Below, in pieces: positions 1-9,467 of a stretch of DNA of 64,000 bases. The DNA comes from a virus. Location: the IMG/VR virus record IMGVR_UViG_3300009523_000001, positions 32,001-96,000 of that record, one strand, 5' to 3'. Position 1 is the stretch's first letter. Every line of letters starts with the position of its first letter. Position numbers and translations under genes: made by a program. Below the pieces are notes generated by a model. That model was not told the DNA's origin, made no database searches, and saw only the letters and a program-made list of their open reading frames with translations.

Positions 1-798
1 CGGGGTGAAGTAGATGTCGGCCTTGTCCGGCACGCTGTCGACCATTCGGCCGCCGGTGAGGTCGGCTTTGGCCGGTGCGCCGTTGACCGTGAACCGGATG
101 CCGGGCAAGTTGCACTTCTGGAGGAACCCGAGCGCAACGGGCGCGTCGGTCAGCTTGTCCGGCGGCATCACGACTTCGAGCCGGGTTCCTGTTCGCGCGG
201 GCCCGCGCACGACCGTGTAGTCGATTCCGGCCCCCTCCACGACCGTGTCGCGGCTGTGGACCTTCCAGGAGATCCACGGCAGGAGCAGCAGCTCCTTGGC
301 CTTGCCGAACCCACCCGCGGCGCCGCTCGGTCCGGTCTTGGTGGTGGCGCCGAGCACGAGGAACTTCGTGAGGATGGTCTCCTCGTCCATCCCCTTGCCG
401 TCGTCCTCGCAGGAGACGAGCATTGTGCCGTCGTCCTGCTTGATGGCGCCGAGCGCCACATTCTTTCCGCCGGCGTCGACCGCGTTCTGGACGGCTTCCC
501 GCCACCACTTGAGCGGCCAATCGTTGTAGTCCTTGAGCGCGGTGATGAAGAACTCGGGACCGATGGTGATGATCCGACGCTCGGACTGCTCGTGCAGCAC
601 GCGCCGCTCAGGCTCGGTCGTCACCTCGACGGTGACCGTGCGCCCGTGGTCGTCGTAGACCTCGCCGCGGAAGAGGGCGTAGCCACCCTCCACGATCGCC
701 ATCATCGGGAAGTACGCCTCGCTGCCCGAGTGAACGACGTAGAGTCCCGGCAGCGCGTCCAGCGCGTCCTGAGCGGTCTCGAGGAGGGTGGCCTTCAT
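1..798 (-). CDS. GHKL (HATPase_c; Hsp90/MutL/MORC-like) ATPase, runs off the left edge
   Basis: Not in the ORF track (no stop in window). ATG 798 overlaps the upstream stop (ATGA). Manual translation gives REAVQNAVDA (N-box), EDDGKGM (G1), TTK..GGFGKA (G2) and GTRLEV. Confidence 0.88.
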   Translation of the reverse strand, partial: MKATLLETAQDALDALPGLYVVHSGSEAYFPMMAIVEGGYALFRGEVYDDHGRTVTVEVTTEPERRVLHEQSERRIITIGPEFFITALKDYNDWPLKWWREAVQNAVDAGGKNVALGAIKQDDGTMLVSCEDDGKGMDEETILTKFLVLGATTKTGPSGAAGGFGKAKELLLLPWISWKVHSRDTVVEGAGIDYTVVRGPARTGTRLEVVMPPDKLTDAPVALGFLQKCNLPGIRFTVNGAPAKADLTGGRMVDSVPDKADIYFTP

Positions 799-1736
799 CG
801 CGGCCGATGCCGTGGACGCGACACCCGCGCCCGCGACTGCGCCACCCTGTAGTAGCTGGGGGAAGCCTCGCTCATCCTGGACGCGAATCGGACGTACCCG
901 CGCGCGCGGTCGGCCTCCCTTTTCGCCTCGCTGTAGTCGGTGAAGGGTCCGGCGACGGTGCGGCCCTTGGGGTCAACCGCAATGTAGTCGCGGACGACGG
1001 GGCGGCGGTGTTCGGCGACGGCTTCCACCGGCGCGATCCGGTACCCCTCGTACTGGAGAGCGTGGTCGACGCTGAAGCTGTGGTTTCTGTGCATCCAGGC
1101 CCAGATCGCGTTCTCGGTGCCCCGCAAGACTTCCTTGCCGTCGCGGGTGAGCACGTACTGGCCGATGGGTGACCGCGGGTAGGCTCCGCTCGGTGACTTG
1201 CGCGCGTGGTGGCGTCTCGCTTCGTGCGCGAGTTCGCTCTTCGGCGTGCCGCGCACCTCGTCGAGGTTCTCCAGGATCAGGTCGGCCAGTCCCTGCCGGA
1301 CGTTCGGACTCTTCAGCTCCTCGTCGAAGGCGCCGAAGAAGGCGTCGCTGACCTCTTCGTAGGTGATGCCGTAGTGGTCGCGGACCCAGTCGGCGCTCCC
1401 GCTGCCGAACACGCCCTTCGCCCCGCTGAGCTCGAGAACGGTGCTCGCATCCATGTCGCGCTTCGTGTCCCACTCGAGCTGCTGGAGCATGTTCCGGGCG
1501 ACCTTGCGCGCGTCGGCGGGCGACTCGAGTGGGATGACGCTGTTGGGGTCGCGCTGGCGCATCCGCTCGGCCTCGACCATCTGCTCCCACACCCAGTCGC
1601 GGAAATAGTCGCCGTTCAACTGCTCCTGGGCGTAGTCGGTGCCGGCCTTGGAGGCGTCGACCAGAATCTGTTCACCCTCTTGCTTGGGGGTGGGCTCGCG
1701 GGCGGCGCGGCGCTTGGCTTTCGGTTTGCGGGTCAT
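795..1736 (-). CDS. Hypothetical modular protein with Arg-rich leader and E-ARR linkers
   Basis: Coupled at both ends; KRRAARE, LAHEARR, VAEHRR. Confidence 0.75.
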   Translation of the reverse strand: MTRKPKAKRRAAREPTPKQEGEQILVDASKAGTDYAQEQLNGDYFRDWVWEQMVEAERMRQRDPNSVIPLESPADARKVARNMLQQLEWDTKRDMDASTVLELSGAKGVFGSGSADWVRDHYGITYEEVSDAFFGAFDEELKSPNVRQGLADLILENLDEVRGTPKSELAHEARRHHARKSPSGAYPRSPIGQYVLTRDGKEVLRGTENAIWAWMHRNHSFSVDHALQYEGYRIAPVEAVAEHRRPVVRDYIAVDPKGRTVAGPFTDYSEAKREADRARGYVRFASRMSEASPSYYRVAQSRARVSRPRHRPR

Positions 1737-3394
1737 CGGCGGCTCCGTATGCGTTCGCGGGTTGTGTGCGTGAAGTTCGGTGGGACCGTCTTGACGATCG
1801 CCGCCAGGTACTCGGAGAGGTGCCGCGCGACCACCTCGGGCGATCCGGTTCGTGCGCGAAATGGAACGGTTCGGCGAAAGACGTTGTTGCTCTGGTCGAC
1901 CTTGACCTTCGCAACGGGAACGGTCGGGTCGTACGCGAAGCCTCGGATGTGGAACGACGCGCGGTTGTTCTCGGCCTCGGCGCCCCCGCCTGCGTCCCCC
2001 ACGCCGGGCGGCAGGTTGATGAAGTTCACGTAGACGCTGCCGCCGCCCCGCTCGCCGGCGAGGCTCGGATCGAAGCGAACGCGTGCCTGCCGATCGAAGC
2101 GCTGCAGCTTCGACGAAAGAAGCTCGATGAAGGCGTCGGCGGACATGGGTTCGAGGCCGATGTGGCGGGCCTCGGCCACTGCAGGCAGTTTCCTCATGCC
2201 TGGCAGCTTCCTGACGAAGTGCTTGCTTCCACGCGAATGTTCGTACTCGTTGGGTCGAGGCGCACGACCCGATTGGTCGATCTCGATCGAACGCAGATCG
2301 AATGCAGCGCCGCCCAGTTCGTCCTCGAGACGACGCTTTGCTTGTCGCTCAGAGGTGGCCCAGATCCACCCGTCGATGGTGCCGTGCGTGGTTGTGAACG
2401 AGACTCGGTAGGGTTGCTCTCGCCGCGCCTCATCCACCTCGCCGCTCTCATCCTCCTGCCAGCTCGCCGCGTACCCGTCCACTGTTTCCCAGACCCACTG
2501 GATGTCCTTGACCATCTCCGGGAGATCGGAGGTGGTCGGGTAGGTGAAGTGTCCGATGTTCTCGTAGCGGGCGGTCTCCGACAGCCCCTCGTCCCCAAAG
2601 AAGTCGACGGCGACCGAGGCATCGTCGAAGAGGGAGACGACGACAACGACCTTCTGGCTGTACTCGGGACTGTGCGTCGTGAACTGCGCCGCCTCGTTGT
2701 GCTCGCTCCAGCGGAAGCCGCCGGGGATGTCCTTCGGCGTCGAGCCGTTCAATTGCTGCGACAGTTCGTTGGCCAGTTGCAGCGATCCGCCGATGCCCGG
2801 CCCTTCCGGCTCGCGGCGGCCGCGTGGGCGCGCCTCACCGACCGTGCGGCCGCTGCGAGCAGCGTCCTTCGCATCGGCCGCGGTGGGGTACCGACCAAGC
2901 TTCCTCGTCTGCACACCGGTCGTCGGGTTGACCGCCCACAGGATCCAGTCGCCGCCTGCAGACGGGTCGACGAGGAAGTGGCTGACCCCGTCGACCGTAC
3001 CGACGAAACTATCGCGGTGGTGATGCCACTCGAGATCACTCGCGGCTCCAGGTATCTTTGGCGGTGCGCGGCGCCGGCCCGCCTCGCTCGCTCGCCCTCC
3101 GACCCGCCGCGTGTGCGACCCGATCGGCTCGGCGCCGGCGGGCAGCCGGGTCACGACGGCGCGGTCGCCTGTGGCTGGAAAGTGCCAATACCCTCGTTCT
3201 TGCCACGGGCTCGCCGACTCGTACCGCCCGTCGGTGCGCGGGAAGAAGAGCGTCATCTGCCGGCCGGCGACGAGGATGTGGCTGGCGCCGTCGACCGTCT
3301 TGGCGTGCTCGATCAATTCGGGGAGCGTGGTGAAGTCGGCGACGCGGTGGTGGGGGGAGCGCAGGGGGCGGCGAGAGGGGCGGCGTCGTGTCAT
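1733..3394 (-). CDS. Hypothetical multidomain protein with domains separated by E-ARR linkers
   Basis: 553 aa, ATGA overlaps; ASEAGRRR, VGEARPR, VDEARR, VAEARH. Confidence 0.78.
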   Translation of the reverse strand: MTRRRPSRRPLRSPHHRVADFTTLPELIEHAKTVDGASHILVAGRQMTLFFPRTDGRYESASPWQERGYWHFPATGDRAVVTRLPAGAEPIGSHTRRVGGRASEAGRRRAPPKIPGAASDLEWHHHRDSFVGTVDGVSHFLVDPSAGGDWILWAVNPTTGVQTRKLGRYPTAADAKDAARSGRTVGEARPRGRREPEGPGIGGSLQLANELSQQLNGSTPKDIPGGFRWSEHNEAAQFTTHSPEYSQKVVVVVSLFDDASVAVDFFGDEGLSETARYENIGHFTYPTTSDLPEMVKDIQWVWETVDGYAASWQEDESGEVDEARREQPYRVSFTTTHGTIDGWIWATSERQAKRRLEDELGGAAFDLRSIEIDQSGRAPRPNEYEHSRGSKHFVRKLPGMRKLPAVAEARHIGLEPMSADAFIELLSSKLQRFDRQARVRFDPSLAGERGGGSVYVNFINLPPGVGDAGGGAEAENNRASFHIRGFAYDPTVPVAKVKVDQSNNVFRRTVPFRARTGSPEVVARHLSEYLAAIVKTVPPNFTHTTRERIRSRR

Positions 3395-3897
3395 ACCCAG
3401 CTCCGCACGATCTCGTACGTGACCTTGATGACCCTGCCCTTGTCCTTGACCGAGAGCAGGTCGACGTTGCCGCGCTCGTTCACGTAGAAGACGTTGGGGA
3501 AGTAGTTCGAGTCGTGCATCGCCTGCACGCCGACCTTGAGCGCCTTGTCGAAGTCGTCGAAGGTGCCGAGACTCTTCCCGCTGAAGGTTACCGAATAGCC
3601 GCCTCGCCGCGCACCGATGGTCAGTCCATCATCTATTTCCGACTGGTCGAGCTCCTCGTCCTCTTGTTCCTCGTCATCTTCTTCAGGCTCTTCGTCCTCG
3701 TCGTTTTCTCGTACGGTGCGTCGGCCGCCGGGCTCCCCGTAGACCGCCGACGAGAATCGCTCGACATCGAAGGAAGGATTGTCCTCTCGGAACAGGCGCG
3801 CGAACTCCTCGGCGAGCCGCTGCCGCTCGCGCGGATCGCGGACTCCGTTCAGGATGCGCGCGATCTCGATGTAGTGCCGCTTGGTGAAGGCCGCCAT
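3391..3897 (-). CDS. Hypothetical phage-type protein (TKRHY..DNPSFDVERF domain, acidic linker)
   Basis: RBS AAGGAG, TGATG overlap; N-terminal domain resembles a small phage protein family (recalled, unverified). Confidence 0.75.
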   Translation of the reverse strand: MAAFTKRHYIEIARILNGVRDPRERQRLAEEFARLFREDNPSFDVERFSSAVYGEPGGRRTVRENDEDEEPEEDDEEQEDEELDQSEIDDGLTIGARRGGYSVTFSGKSLGTFDDFDKALKVGVQAMHDSNYFPNVFYVNERGNVDLLSVKDKGRVIKVTYEIVRSWV

Positions 3898-4985
3898 CAA
3901 CGTCTCCTTTTCTGTCCTGGACGAAGCGCTCCGTGGAACCCACGAGGCATCGGCAACGGCACCCGCTGTCCCCTCGCCCCGGCCTGCGCCATGCTGTCGA
4001 GCGTTCGCTGCGCGACGGCGGCGTCGTGACCGGACCAGTACACGCTCGCCCGGGTGCCGTCCGGCTTCGTCACAACGTAGGAGTGGCCGACGAGCTCGAC
4101 CTTCGAGCCGCGCGGGATGTCACGCCAGTTGATGTTGGTGGTCGGGAGGTCGGCTTCGCCGGCGTAGCGGGGTCGAGGGGGTGAACGTACCTCGCCGGCG
4201 CGCGGAGAGGCACTTCCTGCTGGATAGTCGTGCTCGAGGTAATAGCGGAGACCCGCTACGATGGTACGGAGGTCGCGCGCGTCTTTTTTCGTCCAGCCGT
4301 GCTCCCCGCGTTCGGCCTTCGGGATATAGCTCTCGGCTTGCGCGATGGCACCCTCGACCCACTTGGGATCGGGGTACACGTGGCCGCCGTAGTAGTAGCT
4401 GCCGACCGGGCCGATGCCGCCATCGCCGTCCCCGCCCCAGGGGGACATCATCTCTCCGAGACGCTTGCGATCAATAAACCGCGCCTTGATGGATGCAGAC
4501 CGTGCTTCCAGTCTCGAGCGGATCATCGGCCGGCGAGCCTCGCTGACAGCGGGAGCCGGCTTGCGGTGGCTGCGGTACCAGTCGGGCGGGGGACCGTGGA
4601 TGAAAACCTCCCCGTCGGCGTCGGGGTCGCCGAGGTACAGGTCGAACTCGCCGTACGACTGCGCGGCCTCCTGGAGGGGATCTTGGAACTCCTCGTCGAT
4701 CGTGTCTTCGTCGAAGAAGCCGCTTCCTGCGCCACCGCGACTCAGCCAGAAGTCGTGTCCGGCTCGCGCATCATCGATCCCGCTCTCGGAGAGCAGCTCG
4801 GCGTATCGCTCCTGGAAGTCGGCGCAGTCCTCGATCATCAGCTCCATCGTCTCGGGCGCGATGTCGTCGATGCCGTAGTTCGCGTCGAGCGGTTCACCGC
4901 CCTGCTCGTCGCTGTTGTCTGTCGTGCTCCAGAGTGCGGCTTCGATGTACGCGCGGGTGAAGCTGTCGAGTCGTTGCGGGGGCAT
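3897..4985 (-). CDS. Hypothetical phage-type protein (AGHDFWL domain)
   Basis: AYIEAALWS...AGHDFWLSRGGAGSGFFD; VSEARRP linker; TGATG coupling. Confidence 0.78.
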   Translation of the reverse strand: MPPQRLDSFTRAYIEAALWSTTDNSDEQGGEPLDANYGIDDIAPETMELMIEDCADFQERYAELLSESGIDDARAGHDFWLSRGGAGSGFFDEDTIDEEFQDPLQEAAQSYGEFDLYLGDPDADGEVFIHGPPPDWYRSHRKPAPAVSEARRPMIRSRLEARSASIKARFIDRKRLGEMMSPWGGDGDGGIGPVGSYYYGGHVYPDPKWVEGAIAQAESYIPKAERGEHGWTKKDARDLRTIVAGLRYYLEHDYPAGSASPRAGEVRSPPRPRYAGEADLPTTNINWRDIPRGSKVELVGHSYVVTKPDGTRASVYWSGHDAAVAQRTLDSMAQAGARGQRVPLPMPRGFHGALRPGQKRRR

Positions 4986-5437
4986 CAGCGTCTCCTCGGT
5001 GGCGGTCGGCGCGCGGATCGTCCGCGCGGTATCGGTCGTCTGGGCGGTTCCTCGCGCACGGTCGGCCGCCTGGGTGGTGGGACGTGCGGCGCTGACCGCA
5101 CGGGGGGCCGCCGGGAAGGGGCTTCCCGCGCCATTGGGTTCCGTCGTCGCGCCTCCTCGACCTCCTCCTCCTCGTCGCCGATGAGCCCCTGGATAAGGTC
5201 TTCGACGTCGCGAGTGTCCTGGATGGCGTTCAGGGTGTCCCCTAACAGTTCGGCTTCTTTCCAGCCGAGGTTGAACGTCTCGTAGCCCATGTCTGCCGCT
5301 TGGTCGCCGCCAGGTAGGCTCGCCAGGATGCGCCAGAACAGAGTCGGGAAGTCCTCCGGACCGTGATCGTAATTGGGAAGCCAGGACTGCAGCTCGCCGA
5401 TGAGGTCGGCGATGGGTTTGCGCGGTTTGCTCGGCAT
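4985..5437 (-). CDS. Hypothetical protein, acidic core and Arg/Pro-rich tail
   Basis: ATG 5437 overlaps upstream TAA (TAATG); VEEARRRNP. Confidence 0.72.
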   Translation of the reverse strand: MPSKPRKPIADLIGELQSWLPNYDHGPEDFPTLFWRILASLPGGDQAADMGYETFNLGWKEAELLGDTLNAIQDTRDVEDLIQGLIGDEEEEVEEARRRNPMAREAPSRRPPVRSAPHVPPPRRPTVREEPPRRPIPRGRSARRPPPRRR

Positions 5438-6501
5438 TATCTTCTCCTCGTGCGCGTTCGACGTCGCGCTTCCTCGGTCCTGGATTCCTCTTTGCGTTTC
5501 GCCCAGACGTACGTCATGCCCGACGAGCTGCCCGGGATCTCTTCTTGCCATCCGTCGACGGACTTGGCGGCTTCCTCTACCTGCTCGCGCGACCGGTCGA
5601 GCTCCTTGGCGACGGCGTCTACGACGTGCTCGGCGTACGCGTAGCCCTCGGTCGACGGCACGCGGCCGCCCGACTTGTCGAGGTACTCGTAGCCGTTCTT
5701 GTCGAGCCAGTCGGTGAGCTCGTCGGTGCCAACTTCGCTCCAGAGGTCGTTGTGCTTGTACCCGAACACCTCCGCCCAGTGTGGGCCGACGATCAGGTCT
5801 CCGTTGACCGCCACCGCGTCGCCGAAATTCGCCTCGACGACGATCGACTCGGGATCGAACCCTGCGTCCTCCAGGTCACCCGCGAGCTGGTCGCCGGGCG
5901 TGCCCCAGCCCTCCGCCGCACTCTGGTCGACCATTCGCTCGATCGTTTCCTCGAGCGCCACCTTGATCTCGCCGTAGCCGAGCACGTCGTCGCGGAACGC
6001 CTCGTCCTCGTCCGCGAGGTACTCCGACCCCGAGATTTTGCCGCCCCACCACTTCACCTTCTCGGGGATGTTGATGTCACCAGACCATCCAGAGGGCCCA
6101 GGGTCACCGCGTCCGTAGTCGAGCAGTGCCTCCGCGATAGCGATGGCTCGATGCTCTGGTTCCATCTCTTCGAGCGCGTCTCTGGCTAGACCGACGGCCT
6201 GCATGGCGCTCTGGACTTCCTCGCTGCTCGGGTCGAGGTCGCTGAGATCGAAGTACCCCTCCTTCGTCCAGAATGGGAAACCCACATCGGCGGCTTCCCT
6301 GTCGCCGACGTTGTTGCGGACTGGGTCGATCCGAATTAGCTCAATGGCGTTCCCGTCGCCGGTGGCGATCGTACCGCCTGACGCTCCAGGGTCCATGTCC
6401 CCACCGATCTGCTCCCAGTCCATCGTCGGGATGATGATCTCGAGCGGTTCGTCGCCCGGCTCGATGCCGGGGAGGTGTTGCTGCCTTCGTCGGGAAGCCA
6501 T
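5437..6501 (-). CDS. Hypothetical acidic protein
   Basis: ATG 6501 (TGATG overlap); MASRRRQ leader; ends TEEARRRTRTRRR. Confidence 0.75.
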   Translation of the reverse strand: MASRRRQQHLPGIEPGDEPLEIIIPTMDWEQIGGDMDPGASGGTIATGDGNAIELIRIDPVRNNVGDREAADVGFPFWTKEGYFDLSDLDPSSEEVQSAMQAVGLARDALEEMEPEHRAIAIAEALLDYGRGDPGPSGWSGDINIPEKVKWWGGKISGSEYLADEDEAFRDDVLGYGEIKVALEETIERMVDQSAAEGWGTPGDQLAGDLEDAGFDPESIVVEANFGDAVAVNGDLIVGPHWAEVFGYKHNDLWSEVGTDELTDWLDKNGYEYLDKSGGRVPSTEGYAYAEHVVDAVAKELDRSREQVEEAAKSVDGWQEEIPGSSSGMTYVWAKRKEESRTEEARRRTRTRRR

Positions 6502-6920
6502 CAGTCCGACCCTCCCATGTCTTCCACCCCGAAGGCTTCCGCGATCTCCTCGGTGGTCGGCACCGAGACGCGTGCCACGCCGACGTTGACGTGAGCGGCC
6601 CAGAGCCGCTTGCGACCGGTCTTCCACGCCTCCACCTCGCGGTCGGTGGGCGGCACGTTGTCGTCGTCGACCATGAACTCGCAGGTGAGTCGGCCGTCGA
6701 ACGCGGCCCAGTTGTCTCGTTCCTGGGGGAGTCCGTAGGTGCTGGAGAGTTTCTTGATGAGCGCGGCCGGGCTAGTCGCCTTGACGAAGATACTCTCGGA
6801 CAGGACGGTCTGCGAGTTGTCCTGCTCACCGTGTTCGTAGCTGTCCTCGACCGATTCCCACTCGATGTAGGTCGCCGCCCAGTTATTGTCGGTCTCTCGC
6901 ATCCGTCTTCGAGTAGCCAT
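6501..6920 (-). CDS. Hypothetical protein
   Basis: ATG 6920 (TAATG overlap); MATRRRMRE leader. Confidence 0.72.
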   Translation of the reverse strand: MATRRRMRETDNNWAATYIEWESVEDSYEHGEQDNSQTVLSESIFVKATSPAALIKKLSSTYGLPQERDNWAAFDGRLTCEFMVDDDNVPPTDREVEAWKTGRKRLWAAHVNVGVARVSVPTTEEIAEAFGVEDMGGSD

Positions 6921-7621
6921 TAGTTCACCCTCCAGTAAACCAGCCCGCCATCGGTCGTGTACGACTGGCCGTCGTACGACGACAGGAAGTGCGACGCTCC
7001 GTCGGTGTCGACGGCCTCTTCGGCGGCGGCGTCGATGTCGATGCCGGCGATCCGGATGGCCTCTTTGACGGCGTTCTCCTTGCCGTAAATGTTCTCGAGA
7101 TACTCCATCGGGTCTTGGAGTTCGCTCTCGGTCAGCCGCTCGGCCAGTTCTTCGATCTGAGAATCGTCGGGCGATTCGAGCTCTCCGTCCTCGTTCTCCT
7201 CTGGCATGTCGAGCCCCTGCGCTTCCCACTCGCGCCAGAAGTCGCGGTCGCGCTCGTCGCGCAACCTCTCTTCGTTGCTGTCTCGCGTGTCGCCCCATAG
7301 ATCGCGCTTCAATCGGTCCGTGTCGATGTGCGACTCGATGAAGTCCTTGTTGAAGATTTCCGGCTGATCGTCGAGATCTTGCTTGACGATCTCGAGCGCA
7401 AGCTCCCGCTCATCGTCTTCGCTGGCGACGACCTTCCATTCCTTGCCGTGCTTGCCGCCGCGGATGGTGATCTCGTACGCCTGGACGCTGAAGCCGGATC
7501 GATCGTCTTGGATCTTCAGCTCGTCCGGGTCGATGTCGAGTTCCTTCGCCATCTCGGCGAGTACGGCGTCCTCGTCGCCGAAGTCGACCGTGTCGGATTC
7601 GTGGATAAATCGGCGGACCAT
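6920..7621 (-). CDS. Hypothetical highly acidic protein
   Basis: MVRRFIHE leader, then D/E-rich; ends HFLSSYDG...YWRVN. Confidence 0.78.
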   Translation of the reverse strand: MVRRFIHESDTVDFGDEDAVLAEMAKELDIDPDELKIQDDRSGFSVQAYEITIRGGKHGKEWKVVASEDDERELALEIVKQDLDDQPEIFNKDFIESHIDTDRLKRDLWGDTRDSNEERLRDERDRDFWREWEAQGLDMPEENEDGELESPDDSQIEELAERLTESELQDPMEYLENIYGKENAVKEAIRIAGIDIDAAAEEAVDTDGASHFLSSYDGQSYTTDGGLVYWRVN

Positions 7622-7989
7622 CACTCATCTCCTTCGAGGTCGGCAAACTCCTCTTCGATTTCAGCCCACGCTTCTTCGGCTTCGGCTAGGTCGTCGTACC
7701 ACTCGACCTCGACAATACCGTCCGATCGCTCGAAGAGGATGACCGCCAGACTCTCGTCGAGGAGTTCTTCCTCCTCCTTGGTGAGCCGGTCTTTGGCCTC
7801 GGCCGCATCCTCGAGAATGCGCTCGACCGTGTCTCGATCGAGCGCCATGAAGCCGTACCAGCCGCCCCCCTCGGGGTAGCTCTCTTCGTGGTCGGCGCCG
7901 AAGTCGATCGTCGCACCATGCACGTAGCTGTCGATGATCGTGCTGTACTTGCCGGGGCCGTACGATCGGATTCCTTCCGCTTTCGCCAT
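7621..7989 (-). CDS. Hypothetical acidic protein (GPGKY motif)
   Basis: Coupled within the operon; plausible composition. Confidence 0.72.
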   Translation of the reverse strand: MAKAEGIRSYGPGKYSTIIDSYVHGATIDFGADHEESYPEGGGWYGFMALDRDTVERILEDAAEAKDRLTKEEEELLDESLAVILFERSDGIVEVEWYDDLAEAEEAWAEIEEEFADLEGDE

Positions 7990-7990
7990 C

Positions 7991-8395
7991 TCACGCCTCC
8001 CACTTGATCCACTTGGGATCGAATTTCGTCGGGAGCTGCGCGGTCGACACCCCGATCGAGATTAGGATTTTGCGCAGGTCGTTGTATTCTTCGGCCGCGA
8101 CCTCCTCGATGTACACCTTGCCGTCGCTTTCTACGCCCCAGAGACCGCCGCTCGTGAGCGTCTGGAGGACACCCTGGATGTCGACGTCGGTCTCCGCGCG
8201 CACACCGACGAATGAGAAGTCGCCGCGCTCGTACTGTTTCCGGCGGTCCTCGTCTTGGTCCTTGTACTCGGGGTCACCGCTGTCGAAGAACGATGTGTCC
8301 GGGTCCTCGTCGTGCATCACGCGCACACGAATCTCCTGCACCGTCGGTGCGGACTTCTTGCGCGTGGCTTCGACGACTCGCTTGCGCGACGTCAT
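7991..8395 (-). CDS. Hypothetical phage-type protein, first gene of the operon
   Basis: RBS AAGGAGG upstream; MTSRKRVVEA leader; SGGLWGVESD motif. Confidence 0.78.
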   Translation of the reverse strand: MTSRKRVVEATRKKSAPTVQEIRVRVMHDEDPDTSFFDSGDPEYKDQDEDRRKQYERGDFSFVGVRAETDVDIQGVLQTLTSGGLWGVESDGKVYIEEVAAEEYNDLRKILISIGVSTAQLPTKFDPKWIKWEA

Positions 8396-8476
8396 TCGGG
8401 AACCTCCTTATCTTGTCGAGCCCATCCTCTCACGGCACCGAGGTGCGTGCAAGGGCGACAAAAAACCAAGGCCGCC

Positions 8477-8953
8477 ATGCTGGTCCAGCGCGGCGGCCTC
8501 GGCCCCATCCAGGAGGTACCCGTTACATGCCCACGACCAGCGTACGCCTGTGCGCGGCCGTGGCAAGATTATTTCGTGAGCGTCCTCGTTTATCGCGCCG
8601 GCAGCCGGCTCGGCGATCTCGCGATCGACGAGTGCACGATCCGCAGCGTACGGGACGCGGAGGGCCGCGCGTGGTGGCAGCTCTGGGCGTACGTCCGCCG
8701 GGCGGACACCGGACAGCCGTTCTACGTGGGGGTGCCCGTCAACCCCCACGGCCCGTACCTGGACGTCGGCCCGAGCGGCCGGCATTCGTGGGGGTTGAAT
8801 CCCGTCTCGGAGCGCGATTGGCAAATCTCGCCGTCGATCGACGTGGTCGGCGACGAGCGGCCGGACGGGACACGCGAGCCGAGCCCCTGGCACGAGACGC
8901 CCACGATCGTGGGAGTACCGGACGGCGAACGGTGGATCACGGAGGCTCCGTGA
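8477..8953 (+). CDS. Hypothetical protein with DUF6527-like C-terminus
   Basis: SWGL..WQISPSI..WH resembles the LSPSI..H motif of 10507-10773. Confidence 0.55.
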   Translation: MLVQRGGLGPIQEVPVTCPRPAYACARPWQDYFVSVLVYRAGSRLGDLAIDECTIRSVRDAEGRAWWQLWAYVRRADTGQPFYVGVPVNPHGPYLDVGPSGRHSWGLNPVSERDWQISPSIDVVGDERPDGTREPSPWHETPTIVGVPDGERWITEAP

Positions 8954-8989
8954 AGCGGCGCCGCCGTCACGAACCAGGACAGGTTCTGC

Positions 8990-9019
8990 TTGCCAAATTG
9001 ACTGTGCCTGCGTCATAAT
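8990..9019 (+). promoter_or_regulatory. Sigma70-like promoter, probably leaderless
   Basis: TTGCCA-18-CATAAT, with ATG 9026 six nt after the -10. Confidence 0.55.
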
Positions 9020-9025
9020 TGCAGC

Positions 9026-9205
9026 ATGAGTGCTGAACTCACGCCACATCAGGAACGCGAAGTTGCAGTAGCTGCCGGTTGTGATCCTCGATCGGTGCGC
9101 GCGCATCTTGCGGGTCGACCGCAACGATCAACCATTGCCGCCCGCATCGCGACCGCGCTTGTTCAGTTAGGATACACTCAAGCAAAGAGGCGTTCGCGTG
9201 GCTGA
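9026..9205 (+). CDS. Small HTH DNA-binding protein (59 aa)
   Basis: Below track cutoff: MSAELTPHQEREVAVAAGCDPRSVRAHLAGRPQRSTIAARIATALVQLGY; overlaps the next start. Confidence 0.65.
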   Translation: MSAELTPHQEREVAVAAGCDPRSVRAHLAGRPQRSTIAARIATALVQLGYTQAKRRSRG

Positions 9206-9467
9206 ATTGTCGCGCTTTTACGGCATCGTCGTCGCCATCTATTTCCGCGGCGAGATAGGCCGACACAATCGGCCACACGTGCACGTCACCTACAGCGGGG
9301 ATTCGGCGCAGGTGGCGCTCGACGGCGAGATTTTGGCTGGTTGGTTGCCGAAAACGGCACATCGCCTCGTCAAGCAGTGGCTACGGCTGCACGCGGACGA
9401 AGTGGAGACGGAATGGACGCACGCTCGGCAGGGACAACGGGTGCGTGGAATCGAGCCGCTGGAATGA
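9198..9467 (+). CDS. DUF4160 family protein (TA-like)
   Basis: LSRFYGIVVAIY..HNRPHVHVTY pattern. Confidence 0.88.
   Translation: MAELSRFYGIVVAIYFRGEIGRHNRPHVHVTYSGDSAQVALDGEILAGWLPKTAHRLVKQWLRLHADEVETEWTHARQGQRVRGIEPLE

Noticed and set aside
1766-3487. 573-aa plus-strand ORF (also 45782-47770, 54335-56287 and 24555-26135)
   Set aside because: Antisense to well-supported coupled genes; expected in high-GC DNA; no motifs.
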